64,000 nucleotides of DNA from Vicugna vicugna (lineage: Eukaryota): NCBI GenBank assembly GCA_013265495.1, contig MU057651.1, positions 372,001-436,000 of the forward strand, written 5' to 3'. Position 1 is the first letter of the stretch; every line of letters begins with the position of its first letter. The position numbers were made by a program, and so were the translations under genes. The notes beneath the pieces are model-generated. The model was not told the origin of the DNA. It made no database searches and saw only the letters and a list, made by a program, of their open reading frames with translations. Below, piece by piece: positions 51,351 to 64,000 of this stretch.

Positions 51351-54300
51351 AATGAAGATTTAGGTTATGAAACCAGACAAATCCAGGTTATTTGAACAGT
51401 CATTATTTCTGGGAACAGGAGACAAAATTTTCCAGTAGATCAGAGGGCGGGGGCTGGCTCAGGAAGACCCTGAGAGGCACCTAGGCAGACGGAGTCATGA
51501 CTGGGTCAGGCTGTGCGATTTGATGTTTTTTGGCAGTTACCCATGCTCCAGATCTATCACAACCTGCCTGTCAAATGTCTCATTTTCCGAGGGCTATAGT
51601 TCCTGCCAGCTCCTATGTTATACATGGTTACCAAAATGCCCTTCTGATATAGCTTATGTCCTGTATGCATTTTAATATGCAGAGCTAGCCTTTTGTTCAA
51701 TATGCTACCTTAGAACTTAAAGCCCTATCCCCAGATAAGTCAGACCTTTTGGGATCTGATTTTCTCAGAGCCTTCATCTCAGCTCACATATTCAGTTGGT
51801 AAGGCTTTAGCAAATCCATCCTCACTATAATGTTAGTTCCTATCAGTTTAGAGCACATTTCCCGAATTGTTATATGTAGTACTAGTCTGATCAAATGCTC
51901 TTTGATTAAATAAGTTTAGTAAAATTGCATAGTATATTCCCTTCTTGGAAAAAGACTCCAATAAGCCCGCTGTAGAGTAGAGAAGTCTGCTTGATTTTGT
52001 TTAGTTCAGTGTCCCTTAAACTTGTTTGAACACCAAACCAATTTTTTAAGAAAAACGAACTATGACCATATGGTTGAATGCACTTTGGGAATCACTGGCC
52101 TCTGCCTCAGGTATTTATTTGCATTTTAATTAGAGAATCTTGAAAAGGAAAAAACCCTCAAGGCCCAAAGGAATAATTAAATGGAAAGAAAACAAGCACC
52201 GTCACATTTTGACAGGGGTGATAAACTGGGACAAGAGGGCCTTTGTAGATAGAGTATCCATAATCACCATAAAAGTAACACCTATTCACCCATGTTCAGG
52301 GTAGGGCTTGAGGTCACTTATACTCTAGAGGCAAAAGAGGAAACTGATAGAAAGGGGAGAGTTGTCTAGAAGATGTTTCAAGAGTCCCCCAAAGTTGTAA
52401 GAGATTAGGAGAAGCCTTTTGGTCACAGGCATTCAAGTTTGGCTTCTCTAAGTGTGGTGGTAGAGGCAGCAACGTCAGTTCCATTGCCAGGTTTAGAACC
52501 TTCACAATAGATTTGGTCCTATATAAACCAGCACTCCTTCCACTCCTCCATGCTGCAGAGTCTCACTGTGGCAATCAGAGACAAGTTTACTAATTAGACT
52601 TAACTGCCATAAGTAGTGCTTGCCATTTACGTAGGCTGCACACTTTCTATTGCACCAAGATCGTGCTTCTCCAGCTGGCAACAATTTGGCAGACCCTAGG
52701 GGTCTGAATGGCTTGTGCAGCATGATAATATCCCTTAAAAGAGGGTTTGGGCCAAGACCAATACCTCCTGAAGTCTTCTTTATGTCTGCATATGCATGCC
52801 CATGCCCCTGTTTCTTTTAAGTATTGGCTGTCTCATCTGATGAAGTCGTATATAAATATTTATATGTCAGGACATTTCTGGTCTTACTCACTAGAGACGT
52901 TACAGCCTTGATAAAAAGCTTCCCTCTGGCAGTCTTTGCCTCCACAGTTTATTTAATATGGCAGTTGATAGGTGAACTTCCTCTCGCTGTTTGCAAAGAG
53001 GATGGAGCCTTGCCTTGCGTGGAGTTTCAAGTGTTCGGCTTGTCGCCTGCTGGGAATTGATGTTTGTGCTTTCCCAGGGACTCCTCTGATTAAAAGAAGT
53101 GTGGGTTCTCCAGTGGTCCATCCTACCCTTTAGATTTTGGATCTTCAGTAATAGTTGATGTACTTATAGATGTATTATGGCTTCTGTGGATCCTAGGCAA
53201 CTTTTGCCTTGGTGGGTCCCTTCCTCTACTCGAGGATATAATTACCATTGTGTTGGTATGATGAGGAATATAGTAATATAACATATTTAAACATTTTCTT
53301 TAACCTAAATTATATTTTTTTCTGATTTTAAAAGAAATTAAATCATGTTCGTGGGTCCGTATAAGTACGATGGGCCCCAGGCACTGTGCCTATAGTTCCT
53401 AATAGCTAATCAGCCCTAAATACAACGGGCTGTCTCTTTGGCTGGTATTATGAGCTCACAGGAGCTTAAGCAGTGAATGAGAATGCAATAACTGATGATT
53501 CAGTCCAAGAGAGCAGTAGCTTTTTAGACTTCCCAACTATTAACTGAGGGGTACTAAGTAGAAGGACTCTGCTCCTAGTTTAGTTCTAACATACGTTACT
53601 CACTGTACAAAGCATGATAAAATGCTGTTGATAGTTAGCGTTTTCTCTGGCTTGGTGGACTTAGAGTTGGGAATAGGAAACTGTCTCCTCAGCATCTTCA
53701 AGGAGAGACTTCTGGGATTGATGAATAGTATCATTCATTTCCAGGCTGAAACCGCTTCTGTCATTTAGCCTGCATTGCAGAAGGCAGCTGAGTGAAAGAG
53801 GGTGTGGAAGTTAATTAGCAATGAGATAAATTACTATAGCTCATCCAGAGAAAACAGGGTTGGGGCTGCCTTTAATTCATGTCTATTTTCAATGGTAGTC
53901 AATATAGACACTTCTATCTCAACTCCAACCATAATCTTCCTTAGCAATAAGCACCCCACCCTGAAATGAGGTAAATGAAGTTCTGAGTGCTACCACTGCT
54001 GTTATGTTGGCTGCTGAGGAGTTTGTTGGCTAAAGGTTTACCAGTAAGCCCCACCTGGAGGTTGATGGCAGCTGGAATTGAGTAGAACTGATGTAGAAGA
54101 TGAGAACTTAGAGGGGTCCCCCAACCATGGGATTTACTTTACATAGCCACCCTTGCTTTCAGATTTTCCTCCAACTGGGACTAGGGCCCAGGCTTAGACT
54201 CCAGAGGAAATAGCTGTTACTGAGCATGTTAAAAATTCCTAGTCCCCACTTGGCTTAACTGCTCTGGTTCAGTTCGCTGAGTGATATGGGGTTTGGCTAC

Positions 54301-54703
54301 TCCACAGGGACCTGCTGAGACCTTGAGTTCAGACTGAACAATCTCCCTCTCTTCTTGTAAAGTAAAAATTGTTTAAATCAATATATTTCCATCCCCCCCA
54401 GCTGAATGTGGCTTTCAAGGATGACAGCATCTGTTCCATACTACTCTTGCCCTTGTCAAGTCCTAGCCTGAAGTAGAACAGAATGGTGTGGGGTTTGTGT
54501 ATGTAACACATGCATAAAGGCAAAGATACAGACCCTGGAAATCTTCATACAAAGGCAGAGCTAGTGGGGATACAAAGCAAGAGTAATCAGAGTGAAATAT
54601 AATTAAAAAGAATTAAGGTTGATGAGAGTTTGCAGTCTCTAAGAAACTTCCCTTTGGAATACAAAGGAGAACTTGATTTTGCATTACTCACAATACAGTA
54701 GAT

Positions 54704-54800
54704 CAAGGGTCAGCAAACTATAGTTTTAAAAATAAAAAATGAAGAAAAATATGCTCTATATATATGCTATAAAATATAATATATATGTATGTGTGTGTAT

Positions 54801-54853
<53 letters not shown>

Positions 54854-55010
54854 AATTTGTTTTAAGGAATTGGTTCAGGTGATTTCCGGGGCCTGGAAAA
54901 TCTGAAACATGCAGGGCAGGCCAACAGGCAGGAGACCCAATGAAGAGTTGATGTTTCAATCTGGGGTCTAAAGGTGTGGCCCTTTACAGAAAATGTTTGC
55001 TAACCCATGA
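54704..55010. mobile_element. MER58-like termini enclosing TA/CA/GA microsatellites and an MLT2 fragment
   Basis: caagggtcagcaaacta ... tggccctttacagaaaatgtttgctaacccatg; internal ttttaaggaattggttcaggtgatt...gcagggcaggcc is MLT2-like. Confidence 0.65.
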
Positions 55011-57574
55011 AACAGAGGAAGGAATAATGGAAAAGAGCCTTGGGCAAGGGACTCAGAGACTCTTGCTCTGCAACTAAAGAGCTGGGTAATCTAGAGTAAA
55101 CCACTACTCCTCATGGATCTCAGTTTTTATTTTGTAGAATAGATTACCCCAAAAGTTCACTTCACAAAGCAAACATTCCATGCACTTTTGTCCTTTCTTT
55201 ACTTAAATTTCTGTGATTCCATAACTCAGATCTGGAAGATCCCAAATAGACAATCTTAAGCTGCTTCCTGTTGATGTCTAGAAATTACTCTACACTGGCA
55301 AGAATCTCAAACATCAGTAAATTTTAATTATTTATAACATACAGAATAAACAAAATGCCCAGTCTTTCCAGTTTATTGGTTGTTTTCTTAATAGTAGAGT
55401 CTGTTAAGGATAACTGGCTGTGATGGTCCTCTATAATCATTAAATAAGAGACACATCTATTATTTGTAGAGCATTGTACAAGGCACTTTGTAAGTACTAG
55501 AAAACATAGTATCTAGTCTTGAGGTGCTCACAGTCTAGTTATGAAGACATAGTCTATACCTAGAATGAAGTGTTAAATCTTGTAGCCTAACATACAAACC
55601 GTTGGGGGCAGAGGCATTGTCTTGTTCATAGATGTATCCTCAGGACCTAGGACAGTGCCTAGAATATGGTGTATGCTCAATATGTATGTTGAATAAGTGA
55701 ACGAGTGGAGGATGACTTAGTAAGTAGTAAGTACTAAAGGAATGCATGCACACTTAGATGAGGGCCAGAGGGAAGTAAATTTGAGAAGGCCTTCTAATGG
55801 AGGAGAGGATATAGAGGATATATGAACTCAACAGAGGAAGCCAACAGCCCAAGGGTGATATTTCTGAAATGCTGGATTTCTATACATAAAGATACACAGG
55901 GTTACTTTAAGGACCATACATGTGTGGACATTATGTAAACCAAAGGCAGCCTGAAACAGAGGTCAAAGTAGGAAAACCTAGGTTCTATGTCCCACCTTAG
56001 AATTGACTTAATTTTCAACTATTGGCAGTCATTTAACCTCTGTGTGCCTCAGTCAGTACCCTCATCCATAAAATTCAAATGACATCTAGACTCAGAATGT
56101 CAATCCAGAGAGTTTCGATCCTGGCTGCCCATTAGAAACACTTGGAGAACTTTTAGAAGGCCCAGTGCTCAGGCCTGGCCCCACACCAGTTACATCAGAA
56201 CCTTTGGAAGTAGGCCCAGTTATCTGTATCAGTGTTTTTAATATCTCCCTGGCAAGTCAATGTTCAACCAAGACTGAAATCCATTGTTCTAGTCCAGCTG
56301 TCTCATTTTATAGATGAATAAACTGAGGCCAAGAGCAGGTTAAGGAACCTTGTTCAACCCATCTCATAGGGCTATTAGAAAGATAATATTAGATCATAAA
56401 ACTTCAGAGGTAAAAGGGACCTTAGATATCAACACTGCCATGAAAGTGCTCTGAATAAGACAAAACGTTATTCACTTGTAAGAAATTATCATACAAACAG
56501 AACCAGAAAATATTGACAACCAGGCAAAACATCCCCCTAAATTACAATAGGAGGACATTCTTTTTTTTTAATTTTTCAGGTCTCCCTAAGTTAGCAAATG
56601 AGTACATGCTCCATTCCAAAAACTAGAATACAGATTATTAGATTGAATTATTGGTAAATAAAGATGGCATACATTTCCCTGAAAATTCAGTTTTCCAAGA
56701 AGATACACAAGCATAGTTTAAGTGTAGGACATGGATCCATAGCAGGGGGAGCTGTTTAGTCTAGTTTTAGCATATTTTTAGCCTACATCATCTGTTTTGG
56801 GCATGATCATGCCTGGAGGCAGAGGAGTGAGGTTTGGAAATTTTAGTGTGGTATCAGGCATTTTTGCTTCGAAGGGTCTTCACTTGCTCCTGGCTTGAGA
56901 GACTTCGGCTTGCATTGAGCTTGAAGGTGCTTCCATTTGCAGAGGATGAAAATTCAGAGTAATTTCCTTTCAAGACACATTGCCCCATTTCTACCCTTTC
57001 CTTATTTCATCAGATCCACTCTTTGTAATTTATCCTTCTATGCGAGAGTGTGAGGTTGAGTGTTAAGTGCATTTTCTATTTCCCCTGTTTAGCTCCTGTT
57101 GTTGAGATATATTTATTCTTTGTCAAAACTATCTGTTGAATGATTTCCTAGGTAAAAAAGTGATAAAAATGTAAGATAAACTTTTATGCATTCTCAATGC
57201 CCACCTCTTTTGTGAAACTTCCTTGACTACTCCAATTTACGTATTTTGTTTTAATATAAACCATACTGAGAATGCCAGGGAGTTTCTCATTCATTGTTTT
57301 GTAATTATTTTAATTTGTGATAGGTCTGTCTCCCCAACAGATCCTGCCTTGCACTCGCTTTATGTCCCAGTATATCCCAGTATTTAGAATATTGTTTTCA
57401 CAAACGATCAATGCTTACCAGTTGCTAAAGGCTTTCCAGGACCTCAGCAAAATGCTTCTCTGCTGGGATTATTTACTACCCAGGGAAATTGCTGGGAGGA
57501 TAAGATGCGGGGATGAGAATAGGGAAAGTGGAGGAATTGTGATAAAAATATGTTGGGATATCACTAGTCTAGAG

Positions 57575-58002
57575 CAGTGTTTCCCCAAAGTGGCTGCACC
57601 TTAGAATCACCTAGGAACTGGAATCTCCAGGGAGAGGACTGAGGATCTATATATTTGGAAGCTTTCCCAAGTGATTCTGATGTACAGCCAGAACAGACCT
57701 CATTGTTCTCTAGTGCTTCTCAAACTTTAATTTATATACGAGATTTTGCATTTCTGACAAGTTCCCAGGTGTTGCCGATGGCTGCTGGCCAGAAGACGGA
57801 ACAAAGCTATAAGGTAGTGGTCCTCAGCATGTGGTCCCTGGACCAGCAACAGCAGCAGCATCTGGGAACTTGTTAGAAAACTAATTCTCAGTTCCCACTC
57901 TGGATCTACTGAATCCAAAACTCTGGGGTGAGGCCCAGCAATCTGAACTCCAGCATTCCTTGTGGGTGATTCTGATCCTCACCGGAAGTCTGAGAACCGC
58001 TA
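57575..58002. mobile_element. Cluster of three MER5-family MITEs
   Basis: cagtgtttccccaaagtggctgcaccttagaatcacct; tagtgcttctcaaacttt; gtggtccctggaccagc...catctgggaacttgttagaaa...tgagaaccgct. Confidence 0.75.
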
Positions 58003-60144
58003 CTATAAATACTACTAGTAGTAAGATACAAGGGAGTGGTGCAGTAGATTTTAAAAACTTGAGTTCAAATCTCAGCTCTGTCCCTACTCTCCCTGGACCT
58101 TAGTTTTCTCATCTATAAAATGGGGAGAGAAATAATATACATTAATTCAACAAACATTTATTTTGCCAGGCATTCCATTAGGTGTTGGGAATATATTAAG
58201 ATGAGTAAGATACATTTTCTGCCCTTGAGGAATTCACTGTTTCCTTGCCTAATGAATAAGGTTATTGTGGATCTTAAATGAGATAGTGTATGTGAAAGTG
58301 CTCTGTGAACTATAAAGTATGTTGCAAATTTAGTTATGGTTCTGATCAAATCCTGCCCCTTTTTCTTATATCTTGCTTTCTGAAGTAGTTCTCTAAAGTC
58401 ACTAAGTTTTAGCAGACATTCCACAGGTAAAAGCTGAAAGACAGGAATGCAGTAATAATAAAAATATTTTTCACATCTCTTGAGCCTCGTGCTTTTAGAA
58501 GTTCTTTCACTTCTATTATCTGTTTTAATTGTCATAACAACCCTGTGAGATAGCCTAGGTGGATATGATTATCTCCGTCTGATAGTCAGTGAAGTGAAGA
58601 GACCCACCCAAGGTCACAGAATTGATCAATGGCAGAGCCATAGCTAGGATCCTGATCTCTTGACTCTGAGGTCAGTGCTCTTTCCGCCATACCAAGCTGA
58701 CTGATCAAGTAAAAGTCATTTCAGATATTCACTACATGCTGTTAGGTTATTGCAAGTCCTTATGTGAAACAAGCTGAAGTCTTCTTTAAAAATCTGAAAT
58801 CTGTTCAGCTTTTATTCATCTGCTTGAATTAAAGCATGCAGCAACTGTCAGAGAGACACAGCTAAACTCCTCTGTTTTGAATTTCTATATGTCAGAAGCC
58901 TTATCAACTGCTGGCAGGCAGTTGGATTACATGCACATTTCAAGAATCAAAGGCTTGCCTAAGATAGCTACATTAGGAAACCAGAATGATATTCTTGCAT
59001 CATCAAAAGCTCTTTGGATTGGATTATAAGTAAGAATTTATATCTTTTAATATAAGCTGAAACTAGAGGCCTCGTCTCCTCTGTTGAATTTTGTTTTTTT
59101 GACACATAGCCTAATTTTCAGAGTAAGTGGGTATTGAGGAGTATCAGCTCTGGACAACCAAAGTTACTGGGACTTACATCTCAACACAGACATTCCCTAT
59201 TTGCAAGTAAATGCTAGAGAATGAAATATTTTGCTTGAACAGATAAAACTGAAGGATAAAATATGCTTGTTTTCTAAAGAGGATGTTTTTGAAATAGGTT
59301 CTGGACAGAGGAATTCTCCTATAACAGGAAGGACAAATGGCTGCTTGCTTGAGTCTTGAGGGCAAAGCTAATTTCTTCCATGCCAGCTTCCCCACTCCTC
59401 CCCACAAGAACCTTACACCACACCACTACACACAGATAATTCTCCACCACCCAAATTCTGTTTATCTAATGTTAGATATATTCCTTTGGAGTTCCCAGTG
59501 TCATGGTCTATGCTTCACTGGTACTTTCATTCAACACTGTCTCCTGTTCAATATTTTGCACTATATTTTGGATTCTCCAATTATCTTTTGATCCAGGAAA
59601 ACAAATGCTAAACAAATATTTTGAGCCTGATCAATTCGGTTGTAATAAATATATGGCTGAAAACATAAGGACATCAAATTGGCTCAGTAAAAACGTCTTA
59701 TTGTTAATAAAGAGTTTGGACAAGGGGAAAGAGTGAAAAAGGAATTCTGTTCCAAGCAGAAATGTAGCAGAACTATTCCAACAACATCACTTATGACATT
59801 TAAATTTTTTAATTAAAAAAATAAAGGCAGAGAGTGTGGTATAGTGAAAAGGTCTTTGACTGGGAGTTAGAAAACCTGGGTTTCAGTTGCAGCTCTATCA
59901 TTAGATTGCTATTTAAGCTTATAAACCAGTAACTTCTCAAGATGTAAGTTTCCACGTCTTTGAACTGGGGGAAATATGCTGGCTCTAACTAAATCACAGG
60001 TGTTAAAAGATATTTTTCAAAAAAGGGTAAAGTCAGGACTCTGGCACAGATAAAGAAATGAACATGTGTTAAATATTTTACTTATCTAACTCATAACCAA
60101 TGAGGGAACCAGATGTTATAAACCAATTCAAAAGAGAAAGAGGA

Positions 60145-61905
60145 TACACAATATTGTTAAGATGACAGTAATCCCCAAATTGATCTATAGATTCAGTAAA
60201 TCCCTGTCAAAATCCTAGCTAGCTTCTTTGCAGAAATTGATAAGTTAATACTAAAATTCATTTGGAAATTCAAGGGACCCAAAGTAGTCAAAACAATCTT
60301 GAAAAAGAACAAAGGGGAAGACTCACACTTCCTAATCTCAAAACTTACCACAAGGTTACAGTAATCAAAACAGTGTGGTACTGGCATAAAGACAGACATA
60401 TAGATCAATGGAATAGAATTGAGAGTCCAGAAGAAAACCCTCACACTTATAGTCAATTGTTTTCAAAAAGAGCACCAAGACAATTCAATGAGAAATGAGT
60501 ACTCTTTTCAACAAATACTGCTGGAACAACTGGATATCCACATGCAAAAATTAAAAATATAAAAAGTTAGACCCCCTACCTAATACCATATGCAAAAATT
60601 AACTCAAAATGAATCAAAGACCTAAATGTAAGAGCAAAAAAAATATAAAACTTAAGAAGAAAACACATATGTAAATCTTAAATCTTAAAAGTGAGGCAAT
60701 GGTTTCTCTGATATGACACCAAAATTGCAAGCAACCAAAGAAAAATAGACAAATTGGACTTTATCAAAATTAAAAACTTGTGCTATAAATGATCAAGAAA
60801 GGGGAAAAATAGTTCATAAAATGGGGAAAATATTTGGAAATCATATTTGATTAGGGACTTTGCATCTAGAATATATATATGGGGGAGGGCATAACTCAGT
60901 GGTAGAGTGTGTGCTTAGCATGCATGAGGTCCTGGGTTCAACCCCTAGTACTCCCATTAAATAAACAAACCAACAAACCTAAGTACCTCCCCCTGCTCCA
61001 AAAAAACAAAAAGAAAAAGAAACAAAAATCTTACAAATCGATGGTAAAAAAAAGATAGTCTGATTAAAAATATGCTAAAAGACATTTCTCCAAAAAAGAT
61101 ATACAAATGATCAATAAGCCTATGAAAAGATGCTCAACATCATTAGCCATCAGAGAAATGCAGATTAAAACCACAATGAGATACCACTTCATACTCATTA
61201 GGATGGCAATAATCAAAATGACAGATAATTAAAAAGTGTTGGCAAGGATATGGAGAAATTAGAACCCTCACAAACTGCTTGTGGGAATGCAAAATGATAT
61301 ATCCACTTTGGAAACAGTCTGGAAACATAGAAACATAGAGTTACCATATGACCCAGCAAATCTACTCTTAGGTGAATACTCCAGAGGAATGAAAATATAT
61401 GTCCACAGAAAAACTTGTACATGAATGTTCATAGCAGCATTATTCATAATAACCAAAAGGTAGAAATAATCCAAATGCCCAGAAATGGATGAATGGATAA
61501 ATAAGATATGCTACATCCATGAAATGAAATATTATTCAGTCATAAAAAGGAATTAAGTACTGATACGTGCTACAACATAAATGAACTGTGAAAATATTAT
61601 GGTCAGTTAAGGAAGCTAGGCACAAAACTGTATAATTCCATTTATATAAAATGTTCAGAATAGGCAAATCCATAATGACAGAAAGTAGATTAGTGACTGC
61701 CTAGGGTGGGAGGTTTGGGGAGAAACAGGAAGTGATTGCTAATAGGTCTGGGGTTTCTTAGTGAGGTGATGAGCATTTCTAAAATCGAGGTGGTGGTTTT
61801 TGAACAATTCTGTGAATATACTAAAAACCAGTGAATTGTACACTTTAAGTGGGTGAGTTTTGTGGTATATAAATTATATCTCTTTAAAGCTGTTACTTAA
61901 AAATA
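60145..61905 (+). mobile_element. L1MB-like element (ORF2 3' half and 3' UTR) carrying a nested SINE
   Basis: [37 protein letters not shown] (60262-60498); 3' UTR tgtgaatatactaaaaaccagtgaattgtacactttaa. Confidence 0.92.
60881..61028 (+). mobile_element. tRNA-Ala-derived SINE, Vic-1-like, nested in an older L1
   Basis: gggggagggcataactcagtggtagagtgtgtgcttagcatgcatgaggtcctgggttcaacccc, same body and A-rich tail as the other two copies. Confidence 0.9.
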
Positions 61906-62149
61906 AGTTTCTATTTTTAAAATATTCAAACTCAGTAATATAGTTCATGTACGAATTACAATGCACACTTAGCAACTAACAATATTATATATCACAGTTT
62001 GCAATGCTTCACTGTTTTAAATTTTAAAGACAAAATCTCCTACTAGTCACATAGAATGACAGAATTGAAGTAAAACTGTTAAAGAGGGCCTGGAGGTCAG
62101 ATATAGGGGAAGTCAGAAAGCTTTTGTTTTGCTCATGAAGAAGTAAACT

Positions 62150-62469
62150 ATCATCATGTGAGAATGGCATTGAGCAGGAGGCTTTTAGGAGCTGAGAGCA
62201 GCCCCTGGCTGACAGTCAGCAAGAAAACGAGGACCTCAGTCTTATAACCACAAGCAACTGAATTCTGATGACAACCTGAATGATCTTGGAAGAAAACCCA
62301 GGTGAGAACTGCAATACAGCTGATACCTTGATTGCAGCCTTGTGACACTCTTGAGCAGAGGTCGCAGATAAGCTCTGCAGGGACTCCAGATCCCTGGAAA
62401 ATGTGAGATAATGAACGGGTGTTGTTTTAAGCTGCTAAATGTGTTATACAGCAGTAGAAAACTACTACA
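62150..62469 (+). mobile_element. MLT1 LTR 3' part
   Basis: cagcaagaaaacgaggacctcagtc...caagcaactgaattctg...tgttgttttaagctgctaa...cagcagtagaaaactactaca. Confidence 0.85.
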
Positions 62470-64000
62470 CAAACTTGCTGTGGGAGTGGGATGGAGCAGC
62501 TGAGATGCAGTTAGCATGTGGGGGTCTATGTTTTTCATTTGAATTTGTGAGTTTGCTGTTGCTAAAGGACTGTGAACTGAATAACTGAATAACCCAGTAA
62601 CAATATGAAGTCTCTGAAGGGCAGTGCACTCAATTCCAACCTTGTACTAAGTCAGTGGACTTGAAGACAGAGACAAAACTGATGTTCAGAGACAGACACT
62701 GTGGGTATACTAGTAGGGCAAGCTGGTAATGCCCCCTGAAGAGGCTCTCCATGCCCAAAGATAGAAACTGGGCCACCACCTAATTGGACATATGAAGTTG
62801 GAAGATAGTTATCTGTTAGGGGAGATTTTTGGGTGGTGTGAAGAATATTATTTGAGTACATAAAAATTTTAAAAATCCTTTATATCAAAAGACACCATAA
62901 ACCAGTATTTTGTTGTGCATAGACTCGATCCATGGGGAGCTTGTTAAAAATACAGATTTTGTGGACACCACCCCAAAACTACTAAATCAGATTTGCTAGT
63001 GGGTGGGACTCAGAACTCTGCATTTTAACACTGGCCAGGTGACTCACATAAGTGCTAATATTTGAAATTCACTGAGGTAATCCTTCACCCTCTGCAGTTC
63101 AAAAAAAATGCAGATGGAGGGCCCCTCCATTTGTATTTTAAAAAGAGAAAGAGGGAGGGAGAGAGAGAAGAAGGAGGAAGAGGAGGCGGAGGGGGAGGAG
63201 GAGGAGGAAAGAAATGCCCAGTTATTGAAGATGTGTACTAAAGATTGAAGATGTGCTCCATTGTCAAAGAATAAAGCCATGTGCACCACACAGAATATTT
63301 AACATCTCTGTGAAGCATTTTCATTCCCACTTCTCCCTCAACCCTATCATTTTCATACCCAGGGGTGACTGCTAGAGCAGGTGGAGGTGACAGGAAACTG
63401 GACTCAAGCAGCCTCATTTGGCAAGTGAATCACAACAGGAAGGGGCTTCAATTCCTGCTTATCTTCTCTTACTGGAATATAGTATTAGACTCAAAGACAA
63501 AGCTCAGATTGATGCAGTCCCCACCCCACCCTTCTCCTGGCTTCTTTTCTATAAGTCATGCTTTCAGTGTTTGGAGTCTGGCAGCTGCAAGGCCTGGTTG
63601 CTAGGTAACAATTTCCCAGCACAAAGAACCCTCAGCTGGGAAGGTCAGGTCTGTCAGTGTGAAACAGCTGTACAGAATTTTTATTTGTCTTCCTCTTGTT
63701 TTGGTTAATCACAGGGCATGAAACCAGAATCAAACTTTTCATAGAAATGAAAAATGCTGGAGGATACCAGTTCAGCTGCTGCTGCTGCTGCTTTTTTGCT
63801 GCTCTTAAAATCACAGACTTTCTACTCTGGCTCAATAGAGCCCCAACAAGCTTGGCAGGCTGCAGGTGGAGGCGGGAGGTGGAGGGGTCAGTTGTCCCTT
63901 AGCCTCTTAGCATCTGGGCGGGGGAGGGCATAGCTGAGTCATGAGCTGAGAAGGTAACTCCCTTTTTTCAAATTGACCAGCAGTTTCCTAGGATTAGAAT

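Noticed and set aside
63919..63940. ggggagggcatagctgagt resembles the SINE head
   Set aside because: Only ~20 bp, with no B box, tail or TSD.

Overview
Mammalian genomic DNA, most likely camelid given three tRNA-Ala-derived SINEs of the Vic-1 type. It holds the 5' part of the X-linked doublecortin gene (DCX) on the + strand: a non-coding first exon (~29633-29727), an alternative upstream exon able to add 69 N-terminal residues, and coding exons 32514-32877 and 41107-41447. The later DCX exons were not found and presumably lie beyond the window. About 29 kb upstream and the introns are filled with ordinary decayed repeats (L1, L2, MIR, MLT1/MLT2, MER21, MER5, MER20, MER58, microsatellites). 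An apparently identical 860-bp duplication flanking a 57-N gap in the DCX 5' region is most likely an assembly artifact. I found no convincing new biological system; the best leads are DCX 5' isoform/uORF architecture and a few candidate cis-regulatory motif clusters. Repeat boundaries and subfamily names are by-eye estimates from remembered consensus sequences.
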